Positions 13,101-24,187 are shown, counted from the whole stretch's first letter. The stretch is 61,456 bases of DNA, filler included, from 15 parts of 15 records of this genome joined end to end with filler, not necessarily neighbours in it, one strand, 5' to 3'. Numbers and translations: made by a program. The notes: generated by a model not told the origin, from the letters alone.

Positions 13101-13306
13101 GTGATTGGGGTCAGGCCTTGCGCCTCCAGCCGTTCCACCACGCCTGAGCTCACTGCCATACCAACTCCTGCCCAAGCACCCCATTGTACGCTGCAGCTTG
13201 GTAATCCCTGGGCCTGCCGCAGCCTCGCTAGCCCGTCTAGGCACGCATTGGCTGCAGCATAGTTAGCCTGACCTGCATTGCCCAATAGTGTCGCTACTGA
13301 TGAGAA
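10151..13306 (-). CDS. Type I polyketide synthase fragment: KR, histidine phosphatase, ACP, KS, Nup98-like peptidase S59 domain (5' partial)
   Basis: [22 protein letters not shown]...SVQWGAW. His-phosphatase: [35 protein letters not shown]...[52 protein letters not shown]-terminus: [10 protein letters not shown]...[20 protein letters not shown]...[15 protein letters not shown]. Confidence 0.88.
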   Translation of the reverse strand, partial: FSSVATLLGNAGQANYAAANACLDGLARLRQAQGLPSCSVQWGAWAGVGMAVSSGVVERLEAQGLTPITEDLGFRALELNLNAGVVGMVPAKWPVLLMRMEHGENEAPQFLADFATGGRTTEPNVTKRRKLVHFVRHAQAAHNVRFENAKDQDLHLIADDDCFDAELTEQGREQAAQTRMLHADLLAGVDLVVASSLSRTIQTANILLPAHAVRVSLDWLREISGILLHSKRRPRTELARTFSEWDFSELQTEKDELWMADQLEPAGSLLRRGTCALEWIMARPESEVLVVSHGELLRSLLGSRKSSAVQPEHSTSLQLKNSELRSFELTLAENGELDLIPVFTSFAAHRVASAHPTAATGSPDSQRSLEAVEEMVLQKVQEVAGAPVVMHDSLVESGVDSLAATELRSLLQSELGRATKLPSRLAFDYPTAQAIAQFIHAQQETSKTRDCFFSPLTLAHVKEPDTPTIGIPDAVRSARKAVSGVQLLGQACRLPGRIEMPHQLWHALCTGANCIEPRLSSDRKARQPKHQQIQLIAAGFVLDLKVYKHEIMWNSEAQDPIHEDICLLLDCCCASLVDAKLEGAPQGSGVFCAVSTENDVMLQQWAVARVIASQLGVDGPIANIDSGACASGYLAVHRALDNIGHCGHAIVTSSNLIPFSRSMALEPKDMAGLIRPFDSQADGTILSEACCALILGQTKTDGCLIGWAANRTSALLPVGFADPEKMASAAESALSMAGSPPAAEGVRVAHPHGMGNPSTDIPELMALVSVTELAAGPLVLVGHKANLGHTGLASGLVAVTTSALTLQHRVAPSHINIVQSVRAIQNSPSLQLPTAQPMPLPLQGLPMSISGTSISGDNVHLIMNASSQQTVQLLPQEVMLTKQIRGREYTYSPPLQQLQGMTQEELQAVNNFSITREGFGSVAWEEPVDLRSVDCERVQIVRGGVRLDPVELPALDCKCLVTAELMLPTQPNLPLSREEFRNHRHNLKRKVASGGHDWVGYDRCTGQLKFHVQRFQGAAALPSSNLSGILSELVDRINVVKGSVSPKPPTR

Positions 13307-13406
13307 NNNNNNNNNNNNNNNNNNNNNNNNNNNNNNNNNNNNNNNNNNNNTTAATTAATTAANNNNNNNNNNNNNNNNNNNNNNNNNNNNNNNNNNNNNN
13401 NNNNNN

Positions 13407-13942
13407 CCTGGTGCCTGAGGAGGAAGCGAGATAGGGTGAAGCCAGAGAGCAGCTACCAAGTTGATAGTGAGTCGGGTCAGCCCATCCAGGATATGGTTGG
13501 CAGCCGGAAGGTTTGGCCCAGGTCACAGTCACGAGACCCCAGTCCAGCTCCAAGGACATCACATGTCCGGCAGGGACAAAGGCCACCAAGGAAGCTAAAA
13601 CCTCTGGATCGTGCTATCAGGGAGCAACAGCTTCCAGGCGAGGTTTCACCGATGCAAGGGCTTGATCGAAATGCTGTCACTGAGATTGAGATGGCATCAG
13701 TGTTGGCTGTTGATGTAGACCCGCCAGCACCCCCTTTACCCCCTGATGATGCTCCACCACCGGCACCTCCCACCGAGCTTCCACCTGCACCCCCAATAGA
13801 CGACCCCCCCGCCAATAGTATGTACTTCAGGGGTGCAACGCAAAAAGAGGCAGTGGTTTCTAGGCTTGAGTCGATCCTACAAGCCATAGAAAGCGAGATG
13901 GCCGGTAATAGCTCACTTGAGACGGATCCCGAGAGGGGTTAG
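13407..13942 (+). CDS. Proline-rich hypothetical protein, C-terminal part
   Basis: Open frame from the contig edge with PPAPP repeats, ending at TAG 13940-13942. Confidence 0.55.
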
Positions 13943-14184
13943 GACCAGATAGCATTGCCCGACTGTCGACGATTTAGATAGCTCGCACTCCGAAATAAAA
14001 GATGCCATAGCAAACGCAACGCCATCCAGCGTATTCTATCTATTGACTATTGCTTGCTGTACACACTCGCGGCCGTATAGTACAATCATAATTATTAGGT
14101 GAGAACCTCCACCATGAGCGCATTGTCGCGTGCACCGAGTCTCGCAACCATACCGATACAGCGCACGTAAGTATGGTGGGGCTC

Positions 14185-14734
14185 CTACGAGCATGGCGCA
14201 CTGCCAGGACTGGAGCTTGAGGCACTGCGCGGTCCCCCTCTCGGGCTGTGGCTCGGTGCTCTGCCCGGGCTGTCTTCAAGTAAGCTGACCGATCGCTGCC
14301 TGATCCGCTGGGCTCTTCTGATCAGGTTCTCCACTTCCCGCTGTCCGGGCGACCCGGGCGACCGGCTGGCAGCGAGCTCGGCGATCTGGCGGTCTTTGGC
14401 GGCTAGCTGCCGTTGCAGCGCGACTACCTGCAGCTCCAGCCCCTCCACCACCGGCGCCAGCCGCTCCAAAGCCTGCCCGAGCTCCGCGAGCCCGGGCTGA
14501 CTCGGGCCCGGGCTGCAGGCCGCAGGCTGCTGCGCCAGCTCGGCCGCGAGATGCTCCACCTGCACCCGGGGCTCTGCTCATGGGATTCAGACCGGCCACC
14601 TGCTCGGCAACGTCCATCTTGCCGTCACCGCGCAGCCGGCCGCCGAGCTGCTGCATCTCGGCGGCTAGTTTGCTCCGCCGCTGACCCCGCGCCCGGGCCG
14701 CGGCGGTGTTGACCGCGACCGGCGAGAGCACCAT
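14185..14734 (-). CDS. Small coiled-coil hypothetical protein
   Basis: ORFs 14276..14734 and 14185..14565 join via a ~40-nt GT-AG intron (DVAEQ|VEHLAAEL). Heptad-like LELQVVALQRQLAAKDRQIAEL. Confidence 0.55.
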
Positions 14735-14982
14735 CGGCGCAGCACCCCTTCCTTGCCCGTAAAAAACGAATCAAATAAAAATAATAATAGAAAACATACT
14801 GGTTCGTTGCTTCGCACACACGAGGACCAGCGCTGGACAAGGCATGTGTTGCCGCCCTGTGCCTGTGGCCTGTGGGATGGGTCATCTCGGGGCGGGGCCG
14901 GGGGAGGGCACCCCTGCATGCGAGCCGTGCCATACGAGCCCAGCGTGGCCCGCCACTGACCGCCGGCTGTGCAGGAAGCACA

Positions 14983-15562
14983 ATGTCAAAGAACATTCAG
15001 GGTCAGGTGCACCGCCGACCGCCGGGCCCATCGGCTGAGCCGCGGGGCAGGACTGGTCAACTCAGGGTTGGTCGAAGGACAACTCAGCAAACCGGGGCGG
15101 CAACAAAACCACCACCGTGGCCCGAGGTGGGGCGCACCCTGGCCGCAGTTGGGTTAAACGCTCCTGGGAACAGGAGGGCAAAGCAACGCCTCGCGTTCGG
15201 GGCAGGGCAACATGCACAAACTGGACGACGCGGACGAAGCGGGCAGACGTGAGTGCTGCCAGCCGGCGGAGCTGGCCAGGCTGACCCCAGCGCAGATGAG
15301 ACTGTGGGGGCTTCGATAAAAAAGCTGATCCAGCAAGGGCGGTTAGCCAAGAAGTGGTCTCAGGTGTGGGCCGGTGCCCGGGGAAGGGGGCGAGCTAGGG
15401 GGGTAGGCCCAGCTAGCAAAGGAGATCTGCGAGGCGCCAAAGGTTGTAAACGAGTACGAGTCAGGGAAAGCAATCCCAAACCAACAGATCCTGGCCAAAA
15501 TGGAAAGGAAGCTTGGGGTCAAGCTGCGCGGGGTGGACAAGAAGAAGAAGGGATCAAAGTAG
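14983..15562 (+). CDS. MBF1: Multiprotein bridging factor 1
   Basis: Removing introns 15007-15050, 15127-15173, 15249-15295 and 15364-15406 gives [10 protein letters not shown]...[78 protein letters not shown], the typical MBF1 HTH. Confidence 0.93.
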
Positions 15563-15823
15563 ACGGCGGTCAGTGACGAGGACCCGTTCGGTTTCCTCCT
15601 TGTAGTGGCATGTGCGATCACTGCTCGATATCCTGCTGAGAGCTAAAGTTGCGTGTACTCTACTTAATAAACCCCCGGGCGCGTAATCGCTGTGACAACC
15701 AGCTCTGGATTAAAGAAGGGTCCCATCCCACAAATCGTGTGTGTACATGAGATAATATGAGTGCTCGAGTCTCATTTAGCGCGCAGCTCAAATCGATAAC
15801 GGATCCATCGCACTCGGCTGGTC

Positions 15824-16573
15824 ATGAAGGTGAAGCGTGGGCGGCCGGCTCCAGGCTGACAGGGTTGGTGCTACCCATGACAGGTCTACATCTACTTCGA
15901 GGGCAAGCAGGTCATCAAGGCCACGCTCCCGAAGAAGTGGCTGACCGAAGAATGCTCAAAGATCATCGAGGCGAGCCGCACTGGCCCGGCGCCCGTGAAC
16001 CAGCCACAGATGTTTGCCGACCATTACGACAAGAAGAACCCCGGCGGGGAACTGGACCGCAGCAAGCTGCAGCTGACTGAGCTCAAGAGGTGCCGCCGCT
16101 GCCCGGGCGCCCCGGCTCACCCTGTCGACGCGCAGCGGCACGGTGCTCCCGTCGACTGGCCGTATCGAAGACCTGGTACACCCCCACGCGGACCTTCAGG
16201 TCATCGAGACGGAGGACGGTGCGCAGCGCGGGCCTCCGCGCACACTGATGCGCCCCTGTCTGCCTGCAGCCCCGGCCAACGCCTCGCAGAATCCGTGGGT
16301 GTCTGGAGGGCACGTCCCTGCAGCGGACAGGCCGGCCGCGCCAGCTGCAAAGACTGGCTTTGGTGAGACCTACAGCAAATGGGACAGGATGGAATTCAGG
16401 TGAGCCAGCCGTCGCTCGGCCGGTGCGGCTGACGGCTGTGGGCCAGTGACGATGAGAAGGACTTCCACCCCAACATCGACAACAACCTAATGATCCGGCT
16501 GAAGGTGTGTGGCTGGCCGTCCCCCGCTGAGTGGCTCGGGCGTGGCAGCGCGAGAAGCGGGCTCAGCGCAAGG
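15824..16573 (+). CDS. Protein with unknown N-terminal domain fused to a Cdc37 N-terminal-like motif (3' partial)
   Basis: Spliced: MKVYIYFEGKQVIKATLPKKWLTEECSKIIE...FADHYDKKNP... then YSKWDRMEFSDDEKDFHPNIDNNLMIRLK, matching the Cdc37 signature YSxWDxxExSDDExxxHPNID. Confidence 0.7.
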
Positions 16574-16874
16574 NNNNNNNNNNNNNNNNNNNNNNNNNNN
16601 NNNNNNNNNNNNNNNNNTTAATTAATTAANNNNNNNNNNNNNNNNNNNNNNNNNNNNNNNNNNNNNNNNNNNNCTCACGCAGGCCGAGTCGCTCATGCTG
16701 ACGGCAGCCACGCGAGCCTAGCTATTGACTGTGTATTCACCACCGCGCTCTACGCAGCACTGCCTCGTGTGTCCGGGCTGCCCACACCACCACTTGACAG
16801 CGTGTCAACCAACGTACACCTCGAGCTCGTTGACCAGCACTCATTTTAATTAACTGAGCAGCAGCAGCAGCTCG

Positions 16875-17855
16875 ATGGTACTCGCCGCGGCCGGTCGCGA
16901 CCAACGCAGGACCGTCCAGGCAGCCCGTCCGGAGGTGCCGGGCCCCATGGGGTCGCTCCCGCCAGCAGCCTCACCAACCCGACGGTCGCGTCGCGGGGAA
17001 AGGGAACGCCGCGGCCGCGCGAGTCAGTATAAAGCTGCCAGTGATGCTCGCCTTCTTGAGCAGCCAGCCGGCAACGGTCTGATCCAGGTCGCGCAGCTGG
17101 GGCTGCCGTGCGCTCAGTCCCAGCCAGCGGGGGGCGGGACCCTGCTCTCGAACGTGCGCTGCCACCTGGTGTACAGCTCGTCCGGCGGCTGCTTCTCCGC
17201 CTCGTCCACCCCCACCCAGATCCCCATGCACTGTCACTGACTGTCGGGGCCCTGCCGTTCCGTTGTGGGCCAATGTCTGCGGGGGAGCAGGGCCCGTCGC
17301 TGGCGCTGAAAGCGCTGTACATGAGCATCGCCACGCTGCTCACCTCGCTCTCCGGCTGTACCCCCGCGCCCTCTGGCAGGTCAGCTCACGGGGGGCAGAT
17401 GTATGGATTAGCCTGCGTGGGCTAGACCTGGAGCATCGGGCGATCCTGGCTATGGTCAGCCTGGGCAGCGCGCTGATCATAAGCGTGGCGTATCATTCTG
17501 TAGCGTTCCAAACCAACATACGGTCAGGCGCATCCCTGCGCTCAGAACTCGGGGCAGGCTGTCGCGCAAACAGGCCAGACAACGCAATAAGCTGGGCTGC
17601 CAGCTGCGAGAGCTGGTCACACTGCACTGGCGGCAGCTGCTGCTCACTCGGCGGATCCAGGTGCGCCAAAATCAGCTGGAGCAGTACTCTGTGGCCTTCT
17701 CAATCTTCTACAATAATTGCTTCTTCCTTTTCTGTGTGATGTTCATGAGCTTCTTCGTCTTTGAGCAAACGAATCCTCCATTTGGTTACATAATTTCAGT
17801 GGCTGGCTCGGCTTTCATTGTGCTATATCACTCGATCCCACGCCAACAAAGCTAA
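16875..17855 (+). CDS. Multi-pass membrane protein (possible DMT/NIPA-like transporter)
   Basis: Several hydrophobic exons (ALYMSIATLLTSL; AILAMVSLGSALIISVAY; VAFSIFYNNCFFLFCVMFMSFFVF; YIISVAGSAFIVLY) separated by short introns. Family call is weak. Confidence 0.4.
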
Positions 17856-17985
17856 ATGGTTGTGCTCAATTAATATTAAAGTGTTTCGCTTTTACTTACG
17901 AGAACTCCAGAGTAAATTAATAGTCGGCCATGAGCTCAAAGGAACTAAATTACTTAGGAGCAAGCCACAAGGCCGTCCAGGTCGG

Positions 17986-19537
17986 CTATCTAGTGCTGTT
18001 AGTGAGGCCCGCGCTCTCGGCTTCGGTGCTCATTGCCCTGGCCCTGGTGTTACATGGGCTGTCTGGTCCGAATGGCTTATACTCGCTCTCAATAGTTGTT
18101 GATCTGCTCCTCGGGTTCATCGGCGAGTCTGGCCCAAACGGCTTGAAGTCCTCCGGTAGCTCAAATGGGTCCTCTTGCGTTGCGGTGCTTACAGCTCCGG
18201 GATTAACAGGCTCAACCTCGGGCGTGCCGGGATCAAACGGCGAGTCATCACCGAATACACTGTGCGCGTCTACAGTTGTCCTTATAGGAGTGACTAGCTG
18301 CTGCTCACAGCTGGTTTGGCTCGCTGGCAGCGGCGCTGGCTGAGCCTCGTCAAACAGGTTTTCAGCCCAGCCCTGGTTCGGACTACTGGACGTGACTGGC
18401 GCCGGCTCCAGCCCGGCAATACCTGGGTCTTGCCCGGCAAGCACTGCAAGCAGCCCGTCGCACACCACTCCTATCTGGGGCCGCCCGGCCGGCTCCTCGC
18501 GCAGCATCCCCAGCAGCGCCGCCCGGGTGGTCATGCTGACCGCTGGCTCTTTGGGCAGCTCGGCACGGCCTGCGCTGGCTCCGTGGCCGCCGCTAGAGCA
18601 GGCACCTCGGATCAGGGCGTCGATCTGGTTATCGCTGGCCTGGAAGAGCAGCTGGAGCAGGAGCACCCCAAGCGCCCACAGGTCCACAGGCAGCCCAAGC
18701 AGCACAGGGAACTGCCAGAGGTCCTTCTGCTCAGGCGCACGGTACTGCGGCGTGGTCATCCGCTCAATGTCCTCCTGCGCATCCGGCACATCCTCCTGCC
18801 CGGCCGCTCGGCGCAGGCAGGCCGCAGCCCACCTTGCAGGCAACTGTGCGCACACCGATCTGGCAGCTGCCAAAGTCACCCACCACCCAGCTGCCTGACT
18901 CCAGCTCGAAAAAGTTGGTCGGCTTGAGGTCCCGGTGGCACACTGCACCGCCGGCTCGGCCCGCCAACCCTGCTCGGCACACCGGAGTGCTCGTGCAGAT
19001 GCCGCACCCCCGCGCACACCTGTCGGGCGGTCAGCCCAGCTGGCTGCCAGCCGGTGCCTGGCAGAATATCTGGAGCACCGCGCTCTCGCTCCGCTGCTCG
19101 ACCGGCCGCATCTGCTGGTTCATCACCTGCACCGGCTGGCAGCCAGCTGGGCCCGGGCTGGCGCCTCGAGCAGCGATCCTGGACGGCAGAGCGGCATGAG
19201 CATGAGCAACTCATGCTGCCCGTCGGCGGCCGGCCTGCTGGCCCACTCGAGCAGCCGCATGGTGTGCGGGTGCTCCCCGACCATCTCCATCAGCCGGGGC
19301 TCGGCCTCTGCCTCCGACAGCCTCTCGCTGGCCACCGTGGCCTTCTTGAGCGCCAGCTTCTCCTTTGTGACGCAATCGACCACTGGCCCGGGCTCGGCCT
19401 GCCCTGGGGAGTGGCCGCTCACCCTGGTGCACCGTGGCGAACGATCCCTCCCCGAGGAATCTTGTGATCCGGACCCGGCGCTCGCCCAGCCGGCACACCC
19501 CGCGACTGCTCCGCGGGCTGAGAGCAACATTCCCCAT
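17986..19537 (-). CDS. Ser/Thr kinase, NAK (AAK1/GAK/STK16)-like
   Basis: Spliced motifs FLGEGSFATV, ALKK, CHRDLKPTN, GDFGS, ERMTTPQYRAPE, VDLWALG. Tail has DPF/SPF/KPF motifs. Needs GC-AG introns 19127-19164 and 19020-19057. Confidence 0.85.
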
Positions 19538-19624
19538 GGATTTGATCGAGCTCTAGATCTTCCGTTACTATTCCCCGGTCAGCGGGTCGCAGCTGGTGGG
19601 GCACGCTGCTGGTCACAGCACAGG

Positions 19625-20305
19625 ATGGGCCAGTGCATGACCACACCGGCGGAGCGGCAGCTGGCGGCCGACCTGCGCCGGGTGCGGGAGGCCAAGGCGG
19701 CGGATGCAGCCCGGGATGCCGAGCTGCAGGCTGCCCGTCAGGCGGCGGCCGAGCAGTCAGTCAAGACCAAGCGCCGCCAGCTGGAGCAGCGGCGGCAGCA
19801 GACCCAGGCGGCGGCCCGCAGCCAGGTCCAAGGGCTGGACGTGCTGCAGGCTGCCCGGGCGGGCGAGTTGGGCACCATCCAGCTGGTGCTCTCCCATGCG
19901 CCGGACCGGCTGGAGCAGACCGACGCCGATGGGTGCACCCCGCTGCTCGAAGCGGCCCGCAACGGGCACCCGGAGGTGGTGCGCGTGCTGCTCGAGGCCA
20001 AGGCCGACCCGAACCGGGCCGACAATTGGGAGCGGAGCCCGGTGCTGCTGGCAGCCTCCAACGGCAACCTGCCCTCGCTGCAGGCTCTGGTAGCTCGGTC
20101 GGCTGATGTGCGGCGGGCGGACAAAAACGGCTGCTCTCCGCTGTGGATGGCAGCCTCGCACGGGCACAAGCTGGCGGTGGAGCTTTTGCTGGAGGCGCGG
20201 GCGGATCCGACCCGGCCGGACAAGTTTGGGTTCACCCCAATGGCTCAGGCCGGCAAGCGTCAACACTGGGAGGTAACCGAGCTGCTCCGCACGCACGGGG
20301 CATAG
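19625..20305 (+). CDS. Ankyrin-repeat protein with putative N-acylation motif (MGQC)
   Basis: GCTPLLEAARNGHPEVVRVLLEAKAD, SPVLLAASNGN and GCSPLWMAASHGH repeats. Confidence 0.9.
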   Translation: MGQCMTTPAERQLAADLRRVREAKAADAARDAELQAARQAAAEQSVKTKRRQLEQRRQQTQAAARSQVQGLDVLQAARAGELGTIQLVLSHAPDRLEQTDADGCTPLLEAARNGHPEVVRVLLEAKADPNRADNWERSPVLLAASNGNLPSLQALVARSADVRRADKNGCSPLWMAASHGHKLAVELLLEARADPTRPDKFGFTPMAQAGKRQHWEVTELLRTHGA

Positions 20306-20537
20306 TACTATAGGTGACTTCGCGCCTTTGGAACCGACCGCGACGATGACATCATATATCATTGAACAGTAAGCTAAATACTCATGAATTAGTATCATGA
20401 CTCTCATTAATTTTACATGGTTGTACGCACTCAAAGGATTATACGTACACGTTGTCAATCGGTCTACAGTATGATTGATCTATGATTATGCTCTTCTTTC
20501 TACGTACGTACTCGTATTCTATTATCTACGGAGACTT

Positions 20538-21701
20538 CTACGTACAACACTGACGAGAGTCGGCGGGCTCATTTGAAATTTGCTCGTCGCTACAGGGCTG
20601 ATCTTGATCGGGCTTAATCTTGGTTGACTCGATGACTGGCTTCTTGTGCCGACTGGTGTTGGTGCTGGTGTCATAGTCCATCAGCTGCTCGCCCGGCCTG
20701 CGGACAGCCGACAGGCACAGCGCCAGTCCGCTCCGCAGCCAGTCGAGCTTGCCGCTGCTGGGCAACGTTTGGACCGAATGCGGCACAAGGAACGAGTTGA
20801 CCGAGACCGAATCTATCGAGCCCATCGCTGCGTGCAGCGCGTACGCCGGGATGCAGAGCGCGTCGCCCGGCCCGAGGTCGGCCACAAACAGCTCGGCCGT
20901 GGCGCACTCCGGCTGCTCCGAGAGCACCTCAGGAAACCTGAAACCGTAGCCCAACCGGCAGTGGTTGGGCACCGCGGTGTCGAACACTGAATAGAGCGGG
21001 AACTTTGAGGTCTCGCTAGCCGGGAACACCCAGACGCGCTTGGCGCCCTCGAGCTGGAAGAGCACGTTATCGAGCGAGTCCTGGTGGAGGTCCGGGGCCG
21101 AAGGGCCGAGCCAGAGCATGTTGATCGCCTCCTCCCACTGGTCGAGCAGCTCCGGCATCGGGAACTGCTCGGCCAGCCCGTCCAGCTTCATCAGATTCTC
21201 ATGCGCGTACAGCGGCTTGCCGGTGTGCGCTCCCATCACGGTACCACACAGCTTTAGCACTGCCTCCCGGTCCCCGATCTCCACCCCGAACCCAGGCTGC
21301 CCGTCCTGCCATCGGTGCTCCTCCTGCGCCGCCCGCATGTTGGCCAGCAGGTCCGAGATCGGCACCCTGAGCCGCCCGCTCAGCCCTGAGCCCCGCAGCA
21401 GCAGCACGCACCGGCTACCGTACTTTTGGCTCAGGTCCCCAAACCGCTCAATCACGTGCGGAGTGCGGACTGCCACCGACATTGTCTGGGCCCCGAGCCG
21501 CTCCTCCAAGTAGGCCCGGTCCCAGCCCGGCAGCTCCGGCAGCGCGAACTTGCCCGGATAGCCGGCCTTGAAACTGGCCCGAATCAGCTCCGGCGAGGCC
21601 TCGGGCCACACAGTGACCGGCTCGGCCGGCCGGAACCCAGCAGCCGGCCTGCTCCCTGGATCATGCCCACTGCCTTCGGCCCGTGAGGCCTCGCAGCCCA
21701 T
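20538..21701 (-). CDS. JmjC/cupin-8 2-oxoglutarate-dependent oxygenase
   Basis: LWLGP...LHQDSLDNVLFQLEGAKRVWVFP...LGPGDALCIPAYALHA (HxD...H triad). Start MGC; C-terminal CCT. Confidence 0.85.
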   Translation of the reverse strand: MGCEASRAEGSGHDPGSRPAAGFRPAEPVTVWPEASPELIRASFKAGYPGKFALPELPGWDRAYLEERLGAQTMSVAVRTPHVIERFGDLSQKYGSRCVLLLRGSGLSGRLRVPISDLLANMRAAQEEHRWQDGQPGFGVEIGDREAVLKLCGTVMGAHTGKPLYAHENLMKLDGLAEQFPMPELLDQWEEAINMLWLGPSAPDLHQDSLDNVLFQLEGAKRVWVFPASETSKFPLYSVFDTAVPNHCRLGYGFRFPEVLSEQPECATAELFVADLGPGDALCIPAYALHAAMGSIDSVSVNSFLVPHSVQTLPSSGKLDWLRSGLALCLSAVRRPGEQLMDYDTSTNTSRHKKPVIESTKIKPDQDQPCSDEQISNEPADSRQCCT

Positions 21702-22133
21702 CGCCACGGACTTGAAAGTCGCCGCAGCTGGCGCGAAGACGTGCAGCTTTGTGGATTCTGGTGGATTGCTTCAATGGTGCATTGCGTGCACTGCATCAGA
21801 GTTCATGCGAAAGCTGCATAGCCCACTACCAGCGTGCAATCTGAGGCTAAGCTTGGTANNNNNNNNNNNNNNNNNNNNNNNNNNNNNNNNNNNNNNNNNN
21901 NNTTAATTAATTAANNNNNNNNNNNNNNNNNNNNNNNNNNNNNNNNNNNNNNNNNNNNTATATTCAGCAGAGATGGCGTTTTCCCCTGATTTGCATACCA
22001 TCCGCAACATAAGTACATTCATTAGAGAAAGTCGGGACGAACGAGACGAGCCCCATAACCAGTTCCCTAGATAAATTCTAACCATCGAAACTTGGATCAA
22101 TATATTTAGTATTGAATTGAATTCTCACTATTC

Positions 22134-24170
22134 TTAATACGATTTGCAACAGGCTAACATGACCGCGTCGAACGTCGGGCAGCACTGGCCTTCCAGCCCT
22201 TCGGCTTGACACTGCGGGTTGGAGGCACACGAGGCTATCCCCGAACTAACAAGAACCAGCTCCGCCGCTCGGCGCGCCATCGCGGCCACTGTTAGCATCG
22301 GGTGGCTGCTTAGTTGGGCAGGCAACAGCGAACTGTCGGCCACGTGCACGTTTGACGTCCCATGCACTTGCATAGTAAGCGGGTCCACGCATCGCTCGAG
22401 CGCACATGTCTCGGCCCAGTGGTTGCCCTCCATGTGAGAATCAACATAACTACTCAGCAGCTGGTCGTAACCCGCGGCGGTCGCCGAAGCGGGCGTGATC
22501 AGCTCCAGCCGGGAGCCATAAACCTGCACCATCGCTTCTACCGTCTGCTCAATCGCCCAGCGGAGCACTCGCTTGTCGTCCGGGTGCGATATGTAGAGGT
22601 CGCTCCAGCTGCTGGCACCCACCTGCACGCTGTCACGCCCGGTGCCGTTCGTAAGCTTCAATTCGAGTTTGGTCTTGGACTTGGGCGACAGCAACATTAG
22701 GAATATATTAAACGTGTCTGTCCGACAGCCCTCGCCCACGCACTCGTCAGAGGCCTCCATGAACACCTCCAGATCCGCCGTGGCCGCAGGGCTAAACGGG
22801 CTGGACAGGTACCCAGCGAGCACAGGGCCGTACTGGGCGAGAGGTCCGGACAGCCGCTTGAAGTAGCTTTTGATAGACTCTGTCGTGAAGTTGGCGTAAT
22901 TATAATTCCTGTACCCTTCCAGCGCGAACCGCATCCGGACGTACACGTGATCCGATAAGTTCCCGCCCACCGCCTCGGACAGCACCCACTCGCTCCTGTT
23001 GGCCAAAAGTCCTTTCTCCTCCAGTTTCAGCAACTCGCTCTCGGGCCCGATTCCGGAGAGCATGAGCACTCGCGGCGTGTTGAGGGCCCCGGCAGTGAGC
23101 ACCACCCGGCCGCTGGCCGAGAGCGGGGCCACTTTGGGGCCGGAAGAGTCGCTGAAGCTCACGGCGGTCGCGAGCCCGGAGCTTTGTTGGATGGAGTCGA
23201 CTCTGGCCCCGGTGATGAGCTTGAAGTTGGGCCGGGCGAGCGAGTGCTTCAGGAACCTGGAATGTCCGTTAGATTCCGTTGCGATCGGAGAGCGGGCAAG
23301 TGCTCACTCGCTACCGCCTAGTGGCCTTAAAGTATCTAGCCGGAGAGCGCACCGGAGGCAGGTGCTCACTCGCTGGCCTTCGACTGCGGTGACTGGAGGG
23401 TAGTTGTACGTGTTTGTCCGCTTCTCCGGGTCTTCGTTCAAAGGCATGCTGCTGAAGTTGAGATACTGGAGCGCTTCCCTCAGCACCGATGCCGGAGCCT
23501 CAAGGTAACGCAACCCATCCGACGAAGGCACGTTCACCGCCTGGCCGAATGTCCGTTAGAATCCGTTAGAATCTGTTGGGGCGCACCTGCATGTAGCTCA
23601 GGATTTGCTTGAAATGTGGGTTGATCTGCTCGAACGACCAGTTGTATCGGGCCATCTCATCAAAGTCCGTTGAGGGCGGCACCATGGTCAGCGCCCCATT
23701 CACCACCCCGCCGCCCCCAAGCACATTGGCCTGGTAGGCCCAGGGGGTGCTCGGCTGGTTGTACTGGCCCATCTTCCAGGCGATCCTGTGGTACATCCCA
23801 GGCACATCGAAGATCGTCAGGTTCCGGCCATACGCCGCTGCCCCACCCTCGCACCCGCTACCCGGAGCAGGGCGCCTTCGTAAGGGGCAAAGGCCGGCAG
23901 CACGTCTCGCCCGCCGTGGGCCGCGTGCCCCGGGGGGCCGGACTCGAGCAGCAAGGTCCGGCGGCCCGAGCCCGACAAGATGTCGCTCACCACGCAGCCT
24001 GCCGATCGAGCTCAGCGCCGGAGCCAGCACCGCGCACCGGCCACCCCGCCGCCCACCACCACGAAATCCCACACCTCCCCGGGCGGGTCCGCCACCCCGC
24101 CGGCCAGCCCGATCAGCCCCGCCAGCGCCAGCCGCAGCGCAGCGCTCGGCAGTCGGTGCATCGGCAGCAT
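22134..24170 (-). CDS. Secreted GMC oxidoreductase, cellobiose-dehydrogenase flavin-domain-like (AA3), with C-terminal Cys-rich module
   Basis: Signal peptide, WDFVVVGGGVAG, LTIFDVPG, LGGGGVVNG, GQRVSTCLRFL...RPNF, VVLTAGALNTPRVLMLSGIGP, NHW, VHVADSS, HP. Tail CASNPQCQAEGLEGQCCPTFDAVMLACC. Introns include 23541-23586 and 23257-23352. Confidence 0.88.
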
Positions 24171-24187
24171 CTGTGACAACGGAACAC

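Noticed and set aside
3235-13306. Kinase-TIR, giant ORF and PKS as a gene cluster; likewise LPMO/CDH/GH clustering
   Set aside because: They lie on different contigs separated by linkers, so physical linkage cannot be inferred.
18935-19624. N-terminal extensions of the ankyrin ORF (and 25717-26097 of the aldolase ORF)
   Set aside because: They overlap real minus-strand genes and start at non-ATG codons. The true starts are likely 19625 and 26098.
23265-23570. CCGTTAGA copies as promoter elements
   Set aside because: They sit inside introns and read as CTAAC branch sites on the sense strand.
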